DNA from: a virus | Taxonomy: Duplodnaviria > Caudoviricetes | DNA length: 41,990 bases | Direction: 5' to 3' (one strand) | Virus record (IMG/VR): IMGVR_UViG_3300037424_000588 | Coordinates: 1-41,990 of that record | Part shown: in pieces, positions 35,913-41,990 of the stretch | Layout of the letters: every line of letters begins with the position of its first letter | Numbering within the stretch: position 1 is the first letter of the stretch | Notes under the pieces: model-generated | Told to the model about the DNA's origin: nothing | Databases searched by the model: none | The model's input: only the letters and a program-made list of their open reading frames with translations | Program-made: the position numbers and the translations under genes

Positions 35913-36466
35913 TGCAAATCGTTCCTCGCCCACTGCCGGAGTTTTGCTATAGCCCAAAGCCGCTGACTGAGGTGTCGGCGGTTGTGATCCATTATTTCAG
36001 CGCAATCAACGTGGCGCCGGATCGAGCGTTTAACCCTGATACATGCTATGACCTATTCGTCGATCTGAACCACCCGGGGGCGGAACGCGGACTGGTCATG
36101 CCGCCGAGTGACGAGCCGAGGGCCTACGCTAGCGCGCATTACATGATTGACCGGAACGGTGTGATCTATTCGCTGGTGCCGGAGAATCGGCAGGCGTATC
36201 ACGCGGGCGTCTCCACCTGGCGCGGACGTGACATGCTGAACGGCTGGTCTCTGGGCGTCGAGCTGCTGGCCACGGCAACCAGCGGATACACGGACGAACA
36301 GTACGCGGCCCTGTCGCACCTGTGCGCGGATATCATGACGCGCCACAACGTGCCGCCGGATAGCATCGTTGGTCACAGTGATGTGGCGCCGGGACGCAAA
36401 CGCGATCCGGGTCTATTATTCGATTGGGGGCGGCTGAGAGCCACCCTCGCCCATGTAATCCCCTGA
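35909..36466 (+). CDS. Endolysin: N-acetylmuramoyl-L-alanine amidase (Amidase_2, AmpD-like)
   Basis: VIHY, SAHY, AYHAGVS, GVEL, GHSDVAPGRKRDPG. Confidence 0.92.
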   Translation: MMQIVPRPLPEFCYSPKPLTEVSAVVIHYFSAINVAPDRAFNPDTCYDLFVDLNHPGAERGLVMPPSDEPRAYASAHYMIDRNGVIYSLVPENRQAYHAGVSTWRGRDMLNGWSLGVELLATATSGYTDEQYAALSHLCADIMTRHNVPPDSIVGHSDVAPGRKRDPGLLFDWGRLRATLAHVIP

Positions 36467-36482
36467 CCGCTGGAGACGTGCC

Positions 36483-36734
36483 GTGTCAAAAGAGTTGATC
36501 CAATACATTCCGTTCGTCGGCCTGGCCGTTCAAGGCGTCCAGCAGCACGCCAGCAATCCGGCAGTTACCCGGTTGATGGAGGCCGCAATAATCGGCGCGG
36601 TGACGATGTACGGTACCGTCCAAGTCATCGGCGCAAAGGTCGAGGTGCTGTCTGCTCAGGTAACCGAGCTGAAGGCCGATCAGAAGAAGATGCAGGACAC
36701 CATTACACAGCTCCGCGTGGCGGTTGGGAAATGA
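36483..36734 (+). CDS. Lysis-cassette membrane protein (holin/antiholin candidate)
   Basis: GGAG RBS with GTG start; hydrophobic segment followed by a coiled coil. Confidence 0.55.
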   Translation: MSKELIQYIPFVGLAVQGVQQHASNPAVTRLMEAAIIGAVTMYGTVQVIGAKVEVLSAQVTELKADQKKMQDTITQLRVAVGK

Positions 36735-36964
36735 TCGCCAGGTTCTGGGATTGGGTAGACCGCCGGAACATCGTTCGGCGCATCGCGTTCTTTGTCACGC
36801 TCTGGTTGACATGGCAGGCGTTCGCTTGGGCCGCGGTATTCGCCGAGACATCTTCCCGTACGGGAATGGACGTTGCCGCCATCATCGCAGCGGTGACCGC
36901 TCCAATCGCAGCACTACAGGGTTACGTATTCAGTGCCTACAATCAGGGACGCAAAGATGGTTAA
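36731..36964 (+). CDS. Putative holin (2 TM)
   Basis: Two hydrophobic helices, basic N-terminus; between the endolysin and Rz. Confidence 0.65.
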   Translation: MIARFWDWVDRRNIVRRIAFFVTLWLTWQAFAWAAVFAETSSRTGMDVAAIIAAVTAPIAALQGYVFSAYNQGRKDG

Positions 36965-37415
36965 CCCGTGGTTCATCACCGGTTCCCTGCTGGCCGCTGT
37001 AGGGCTTTTCATTGCCGGCGACTACCACGGGCGCGGAGTCAAAGACACAGAGTGGCAGGCGCGCACTCAGACGGCCGTAAATGAGGCCATCACCCAGGCC
37101 CGTATTACCGAACGGGAACAACAGGAGGCAGTAACCGATGCAATCCAACGCCAATATTGGGAGCAAGTGGCCATCAGTAGTGACCTTGCTGCTGACATTG
37201 AGCGGCTGCGCAACCGCCCCAGCCGTCCCGCCGGAGTGCCCCAGGCCGCCGGATCCGCCTGTCAGGGTGCAAACGGGGCTGAACTGGCAAGAGAGTATGC
37301 GGAGCTTCTTACAAGGCGAGCTGCAAGAGCTGCGGAGCAAGACGCCGCCCTTGAAGCCTGCCAGCGATATGCCGACGCAGTGATCGCCCCATGGAAGAGC
37401 CGGACGAGCAACTAG
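36957..37415 (+). CDS. Rz: Inner-membrane spanin
   Basis: N-terminal TM, coiled coil, C-terminal Cys residues (LEACQ). Confidence 0.8.
   Translation: MVNPWFITGSLLAAVGLFIAGDYHGRGVKDTEWQARTQTAVNEAITQARITEREQQEAVTDAIQRQYWEQVAISSDLAADIERLRNRPSRPAGVPQAAGSACQGANGAELAREYAELLTRRAARAAEQDAALEACQRYADAVIAPWKSRTSN
37138..37383 (+). CDS. Rz1: Outer-membrane spanin lipoprotein fully embedded in Rz
   Basis: AGGAGG RBS; lipobox LSGC; Pro-rich PPECPRPPDPP; +1 frame inside Rz. Confidence 0.82.
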   Translation: MQSNANIGSKWPSVVTLLLTLSGCATAPAVPPECPRPPDPPVRVQTGLNWQESMRSFLQGELQELRSKTPPLKPASDMPTQ

Positions 37416-37534
37416 ACATCGACGCCGAGAAGCGCCGCGCCCGTCTCCGTCGCCAGCGTATCGAGCTGGAAGCGGAGATTGACGACGAGACGCATGATGC
37501 GCTTATCGAGGCTGGGCAGGGCGGGACGTATTAG
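37391..37534 (+). CDS. Possible 47-aa charged protein
   Basis: Open frame MEEPDEQLDID...GGTY; no clear RBS. Confidence 0.3.
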   Translation: MEEPDEQLDIDAEKRRARLRRQRIELEAEIDDETHDALIEAGQGGTY

Positions 37535-37595
37535 GAGCCCGTGCAGTTATCCGTCACGGTGCGGGCATCCCGCACGTCGCGTAGCAGTTTGTCCA

Positions 37596-37853
37596 TCACT
37601 TCACCTCTCCACACCAGTTACACGGCTCGCCAGGCACAACGTCGAATGTCGTACCGTCGACCTTGCATTCGTGCTGCACCAGTTCGCGGCCCGCCAGGTA
37701 GATCAGGGGCGCAGTGGCCTCCGCATAGACGTGGTAATCGTGCTCGGTCTCCTCGACTCGGAGCACGGTATAGGCGGGCAGGTTGAGGATGTTCCGTGGC
37801 ATTGTCATTTCCGCTTCTGGCGTCGGCGGTAACAGTATGACTTTCTCGTTCAT
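37596..37853 (-). CDS. Hypothetical protein containing an ISL3-transposase-like N-terminal segment
   Basis: TGATG-coupled start; NILNLPAYTVLRVEETEHDYHVYAE. Confidence 0.55.
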   Translation of the reverse strand: MNEKVILLPPTPEAEMTMPRNILNLPAYTVLRVEETEHDYHVYAEATAPLIYLAGRELVQHECKVDGTTFDVVPGEPCNWCGEVK

Positions 37854-38044
37854 CACGGCTTCTCCCATAGCGAAGTGGGGGCGCTATCCAACGGTTTAAT
37901 CTGGTATCCGCCGATCCCGGCGCCTTGTTTGTCCAACCATGCGCGAACCTCATTCGTGGCATGTTTCACTGCAGCATCATGCGTCTGTGCATCGGTCACC
38001 CATACGGTCATCGGGACCATTAGCGTCACGTCGTAGCTTGCCAT
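37853..38044 (-). CDS. Hypothetical protein
   Basis: GGAG RBS; TAATG-coupled. Confidence 0.65.
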   Translation of the reverse strand: MASYDVTLMVPMTVWVTDAQTHDAAVKHATNEVRAWLDKQGAGIGGYQIKPLDSAPTSLWEKP

Positions 38045-38229
38045 TATTTGCACGCTCCTTCTCCGCGATACGGCGGCCATCCCCGGCGATCGGCGTGAGG
38101 GACACCGGCCGCAGCGTCGATCCACCACAAGGCCACCATGTCGCAATAGGGATCGGCGCTATCCTGATTCAGCCAAGCGGCCAGGGCGACGAGCAACGCG
38201 AGCGTGGCGGCGGCGATCCAGCCGTTCAT
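38044..38229 (-). CDS. Small protein with an N-terminal membrane anchor
   Basis: GAGGAGG RBS; hydrophobic N-terminus. Confidence 0.65.
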   Translation of the reverse strand: MNGWIAAATLALLVALAAWLNQDSADPYCDMVALWWIDAAAGVPHADRRGWPPYRGEGACK

Positions 38230-38378
38230 GATTCCTCCTCGTTCTGGTCGTCCGTATCATCCTCGACGTGATTGCTGCACTCCGGAGGCTCCGGGTCGTT
38301 TATGTCCCAAACCAACCCGCAAGGGTCGCAGATCATCTGGTCGCTATACTGCCGCGCGTGGCATTTATGCTTTGGCAT
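38226..38378 (-). CDS. Small Cys-rich protein, 50 aa (MPKHKCHARQYSDQMICDPCGLVWDINDPEPPEC...)
   Basis: Manual translation; AAGGAG RBS; ATGA overlap with the next gene. Confidence 0.65.
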   Translation of the reverse strand: MPKHKCHARQYSDQMICDPCGLVWDINDPEPPECSNHVEDDTDDQNEEES

Positions 38379-38520
38379 TTTTCCACTCCTTATACCAAGG
38401 GGACATGTAGATCGCCGATCGCGTCAGTCCGACTTTTTGCGCGGCGGCATATGGAGTCATGCCCTGTTCAATAACGAGCTTTCGGGCCTTGACCATCGCG
38501 GCGGATTCACGAGCGCCCAT
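38365..38520 (-). CDS. Small HTH protein, 51 aa
   Basis: Manual translation MGARESAAMVKARKLVIEQGMTPYAAAQKVGLTRSAIYMSPWYKEWKNAKA; AGGAG RBS. Confidence 0.7.
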   Translation of the reverse strand: MGARESAAMVKARKLVIEQGMTPYAAAQKVGLTRSAIYMSPWYKEWKNAKA

Positions 38521-38737
38521 GCGATTCAATCTCCTGGACCAGGGTTTTGGGCTTGCCGCTCAGATACGCGATCAACTCGCAGACCTCCGCGTCGACGTGA
38601 AGCACGTCGTCAACCCACCCGTGGCCGCCAGAACCGCGCATTTCGCGGGCGGCGTGACGTTTGACGGCAGCGGTCAGTTCGTCGATGTGTTGCAGCAAGC
38701 CCAGTGCGGCGGCGTTGTATTGGGTGCGTGCGTTCAT
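38507..38737 (-). CDS. Hypothetical protein
   Basis: AAGGAGG RBS; tightly packed operon. Confidence 0.65.
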   Translation of the reverse strand: MNARTQYNAAALGLLQHIDELTAAVKRHAAREMRGSGGHGWVDDVLHVDAEVCELIAYLSGKPKTLVQEIESHGRS

Positions 38738-39063
38738 TTACCCTCCTTCAGTGCTTCGGCGAATATGCTTCCCACTTCCTTGCTGAAGGCATAATAAGGT
38801 TCGCGGCCATAATCGACGCCTGTATCTCTTCCATGTTCCCACACGTCTTGGACCGCCGATTCCGGCACCGCCGGAGCGGTCCTCAACCGGTCGATTTCCC
38901 GGCGTGCCACGATCAGCGCGTCAATGGCGAGCCACGCCTGAGCAATATCGCCGCCGTCGTATTTGCCACTCTTAAGGCGGTCGCGTAGCGCTAACAGTTC
39001 TTCATCTTCCATTCTCATGTCCTCGTGGGTCGATCTCGCGTAACAATGCGCGGGCAAATTCAT
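38734..39063 (-). CDS. Hypothetical protein (true start probably near 39018)
   Basis: Operon packing; GAGG before MRMEDEE. Confidence 0.55.
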   Translation of the reverse strand: MNLPAHCYARSTHEDMRMEDEELLALRDRLKSGKYDGGDIAQAWLAIDALIVARREIDRLRTAPAVPESAVQDVWEHGRDTGVDYGREPYYAFSKEVGSIFAEALKEGK

Positions 39064-39226
39064 GAAGAGCTACGGCGTCCTTGTCTCCCATGGCTGCGCG
39101 TCTCTGCGTGTAACCGATCATCCCGTGCAGCGCACCTTCCCCGCAAATCTGATAGCCGCGGAACGTTTCTTGTTCGGCTACTGTTTTTACGTGGGATAGC
39201 ACTTCGAGTATTTCAGCTTTGGTCAT
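39002..39226 (-). CDS. Hypothetical protein
   Basis: GGAGG RBS downstream of the promoter. Confidence 0.65.
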   Translation of the reverse strand: MTKAEILEVLSHVKTVAEQETFRGYQICGEGALHGMIGYTQRRAAMGDKDAVALHEFARALLREIDPRGHENGR

Positions 39227-41304
39227 CGTCTTGCCCTCCGTCCATGGGCAATACCATAGGGCAATAATTTACCTACGTCAAGCAAAATATTTTCGGCCTT
39301 GGTGAGATACCATGAATAATCGATGTCGTCGGGGAATTCGTCCGGCAGCGTCATGCAGGGAGTCGCCCCGTAGCTGCCTCCCACGAGGTTACCGTTACTG
39401 GCATAGAGGATGGGGCCAGGACTGCGAGTACCGTAGTACCAGCGGATCACTTTGCCCAGGTACTCCGGTCGCTGGGGCTCGAAGCACGCGGCGTAAGCCG
39501 TGGCCGCCGGGGCCAATACGTCACCGCGGCGCCACTGGCGCCCCTCCTTGACCCAGCCGCTGGCGGTCAGGGTGCCGACCATATCCATGACCCTAGCGCC
39601 CTTGCGCGGCCCTTCGCCCCACATTTTCACGGCGCCGCCAGCGACTTTTTGAATGGTTACAAATTTGGTGATATCGCGGCATGCGGAAATGGTATAGAGC
39701 AGCGGGATCCCTTCGGCCAGGTATGCGGCCACGGCGTCGCTGCAAATTTCCGTATCGGGCGACTTCTTCATTATCAAGCTGGCTTTGGCGTACTCGCCTT
39801 TGCGCTTGATATCGTCCGGGGTTTTGATCGCAAAATAAGCGTTAACGTCACGGGCGTAGAGGGCAATATAATCCTCAGTTTCCATGGTCAAGCCTGTGCG
39901 CTTCTCCCACTCTTGGATAATCCAGTCTGATGTGGCTATTAGATGCCGGGGGCACTTAATGACAATGCCATCGGTATTGGCTGACACCACGGGGATGCCG
40001 TAATGCTCCAGCCATTCGATCAGCATTAGGATCGAGAGTTGCCCGCTAATGGTGGTTTGGATCAACATTTCCGGCGCGAACAGCACGCTATAGGGGCTTC
40101 CGGTTTTGCCGAAAGTCCCGTTGATCATGATCTTGCCGCCGCCCTCTCTGGTCTTCGCGTCTTCATATTCGACCGTTCCGACGAAGCCTAGCTTCTCTAA
40201 TTTTTTGGCAAGGGCTTTTGCGTCCAAACGTTCGTCGACGATGGCTTCGAATTCGATCGCGAACGCCTGACCCAATGCCGGCGGCACTTCGCCTGAGTTG
40301 AGGATAAGGCGCGGGTAATAACTGGCCACATCTGGCATGCGGATCTGATAGTTCTCGTCGCTGATGAAAGCAACGCTTTTTTCTTGCGAGTGAAGGCCGC
40401 CAATGCCGAGTTTGTACGTCGTCTGCCCGATAGTTACGGTCAATCCCTCCAGCTGCGGGGGCAACGGAACGCACTTGCCTTTCTTACCGTCGTACATCCC
40501 TTTGGGCGGATTGATGGTAAAGATCGCAGCTTTGACCATTTCTAACGCATGCTGAAGTTGCGGCAATTGATAGGTGATGAACTCAGGAACCTTGAAGCGA
40601 AATTTCAGATCCCAATTGATATTTGGTTTAAATATCCGCTGACCCGTCGCCTGTTCGCATCGGCGCTTTAGTACGGTTTCCGCGACTTGTGCGTCTGATT
40701 TGCTACGAAGGTCTATGCCGTATCTTTTGCTTAATGCTTCCCGCATGCGAATTTGCGGAGCGACGGCATCGTATATCGCTTCCAGTTGCCCCAAGTCATT
40801 TTCGCAATAGGTATCAACTTCCACTATCTCCGGCTCACTCAGATAGTGATCGGGCTCGTAGGGGAGATCGCGCATCGTCTTATAATGAATGCGGCCGGCA
40901 AACAGTTTTTGAGAGCCCGCGCCCGGCACAACTTCCATTACGTCAATGTGATCGTCCGGCCGCCACTCCGGCAAGCCAAGCTCCCAAGGTTTGGCCTTCT
41001 CGACGATAATGCGATCGTTTAACCACTTCAGTTGCTCCGTGGTGTAGCCGGACAACGCCGCAGTGATCATGGGCACATCGTAATAGTTGCCGTTAAAACT
41101 GACAGTACAGTAGGCGTCAAACAGCAGCCGAATGCGGGCCACCGTCGCCAAGTCAAAGGCTTGCCCTGCATGCAGCCTAAACGAATAGACCTGGCCGCCA
41201 CGAGGGCGGAGCTTCAGCAACCAATAGTTGGGGAAGCACTCCGTATCGTAAAACGCGACCGGGCGTGAAGCGGTGGCCGGAGGTGGGGGCGGGACGATCG
41301 TCAC
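39223..41304 (-). CDS. Family-B-type DNA polymerase with 3'-5' exonuclease domain
   Basis: Exo motifs FYDTEC, SFNGNYYD, YCEND; pol motifs DVASYYP, KIMINGTFGK, SANTDG. Confidence 0.88.
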   Translation of the reverse strand: MTIVPPPPPATASRPVAFYDTECFPNYWLLKLRPRGGQVYSFRLHAGQAFDLATVARIRLLFDAYCTVSFNGNYYDVPMITAALSGYTTEQLKWLNDRIIVEKAKPWELGLPEWRPDDHIDVMEVVPGAGSQKLFAGRIHYKTMRDLPYEPDHYLSEPEIVEVDTYCENDLGQLEAIYDAVAPQIRMREALSKRYGIDLRSKSDAQVAETVLKRRCEQATGQRIFKPNINWDLKFRFKVPEFITYQLPQLQHALEMVKAAIFTINPPKGMYDGKKGKCVPLPPQLEGLTVTIGQTTYKLGIGGLHSQEKSVAFISDENYQIRMPDVASYYPRLILNSGEVPPALGQAFAIEFEAIVDERLDAKALAKKLEKLGFVGTVEYEDAKTREGGGKIMINGTFGKTGSPYSVLFAPEMLIQTTISGQLSILMLIEWLEHYGIPVVSANTDGIVIKCPRHLIATSDWIIQEWEKRTGLTMETEDYIALYARDVNAYFAIKTPDDIKRKGEYAKASLIMKKSPDTEICSDAVAAYLAEGIPLLYTISACRDITKFVTIQKVAGGAVKMWGEGPRKGARVMDMVGTLTASGWVKEGRQWRRGDVLAPAATAYAACFEPQRPEYLGKVIRWYYGTRSPGPILYASNGNLVGGSYGATPCMTLPDEFPDDIDYSWYLTKAENILLDVGKLLPYGIAHGRRARR
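39253..39281 (-). promoter_or_regulatory. sigma70 promoter with 19-bp operator-like spacer (copy 3), inside the 3' end of the polymerase gene
   Basis: TTGACG-N17-TATGGT; TAGGTAAATTATTGCCCTA on the minus strand. Confidence 0.7.
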
Positions 41305-41651
41305 TGTTGCACTTCGTCTTTGGCTTTAAGTGCCGCCCTTACGACATCTTCGGGATCAATCCAATATCCTGCGGCTTCGCCTGCCGTAACTATCGCATTC
41401 TCGATATTATCGGCATCCGCATTGTCGGTAAATATCATTCCGCACGCTGCGGAAAATTCGGGATTGGCCTGGGGATGATCCCGAAACCACTCCTTCGCTG
41501 CGGTAAAACAGATCTCGTCTTTCGTTGGCATATATCTTTCCTCTCCTAACTCAATCGCACGGGAGCGACGATCACCTATGCCTAGCGCAAGCGGGTTGAT
41601 GTGGCCAGTACAAAAGATGAAGTTAGTCGTTTTCGGTGCTTGCTGGTCCAT
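41301..41651 (-). CDS. Hypothetical protein; possible second in-frame start at 41531
   Basis: GGGAG RBS; internal AGGAGAGG before MPTKDEICF. Confidence 0.6.
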   Translation of the reverse strand: MDQQAPKTTNFIFCTGHINPLALGIGDRRSRAIELGEERYMPTKDEICFTAAKEWFRDHPQANPEFSAACGMIFTDNADADNIENAIVTAGEAAGYWIDPEDVVRAALKAKDEVQQ

Positions 41652-41661
41652 ATCGCTCCCC

Positions 41662-41690
41662 AAGAAAATGCCCGGCCCCGAAGGGCCGAG
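41662..41690 (-). terminator. Terminator-like hairpin with C-UUCG-G tetraloop after the SSB-like gene
   Basis: Minus strand CTCGGCCC-TTCG-GGGCCGGG-CATTTTCTT. Confidence 0.7.
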
Positions 41691-41698
41691 CGGTTACG

Positions 41699-41990
41699 TT
41701 ACGCCAGCATCAGGCCGGCCTGGATCAGCTGCGTATCGGTCCAACCGGCGCTGATGTAGGCCTCGTACGTGGCCCCGCCGGCCGCGGCAGTCATCTGACG
41801 CCCGGGGGCAGCGGCCGGCGGCGGCACCTGCACGAAGCCCGGATTGGGCATGACGGGGATGGCGCCCGGGAGGGCCGGAGCCGCAGCAGGGGTGCCCGGG
41901 AGGGCCGGAGCCGCAGCAGGGGTGCCCGGGAGGGCCGGAGCCGCAGCAGGGGTGCCCGGGAGGGCCGGAGCCGCAGCAGGGGTGCCCGGG
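41699..41990 (-). CDS. 3' part of the SSB-like gene that begins at 809
   Basis: Translates ...PALPGAIPVMPNPGFVQVPPP...ATYEAYISAGWTDTQLIQAGLMLA*, continuing the repeat frame. Confidence 0.7.
   Translation of the reverse strand, partial: PGTPAAAPALPGTPAAAPALPGTPAAAPALPGTPAAAPALPGAIPVMPNPGFVQVPPPAAAPGRQMTAAAGGATYEAYISAGWTDTQLIQAGLMLA
41861..41990. repeat. 30-bp tandem repeat, about 4.3 copies; terminal overlap with the window start
   Basis: 41886-41990 is identical to 1-105. Confidence 0.97.

Noticed and set aside
37479-39267. Numerous overlapping plus-strand ORFs
   Set aside because: The minus strand holds a tightly coupled, RBS-bearing operon; the plus frames lack RBS and motifs

Overview
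The window looks like a complete, circularly closed ~42 kb genome of a tailed dsDNA phage with a contractile tail. Its head, tail and baseplate gene order resembles Bcep781/BcepNY3/OP2-type myophages. The host is probably a Gram-negative proteobacterium, judged from Rz/Rz1 spanins, sigma70 promoters and IHF boxes. The two ends overlap inside a 30-bp tandem repeat within a leftward SSB-like gene. Modules: replication and modification (SSB-like protein, DUF2800-type exonuclease, N6/N4 MTase, SF2 helicase, Dcm-like MTase, VRR-NUC, TetR-like regulator, NrS-1-like primase-polymerase/SF3 helicase, family-B DNA polymerase); an accessory block (broken parB, PagP-like barrel, Zn-repeat protein); an AT-rich control region; packaging, head, tail, baseplate and fibre genes; lysis genes; and a leftward cluster of small ORFs. 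No integrase, tRNA or CRISPR array was seen. Most notable observations: (1) a three-way-junction RNA whose loop is complementary to the tail-chaperone Shine-Dalgarno and to an upstream decoy copy; (2) a (GA)9 tract that puts the conserved C-terminus of a Dcm-like MTase out of frame; (3) two small stand-alone ORFs that copy internal pieces of the phage's own primase-helicase; (4) a 19-bp near-palindromic operator sitting between the -35 and -10 boxes of three promoters. All family assignments come from motif recognition and synteny by eye, not from database searches.
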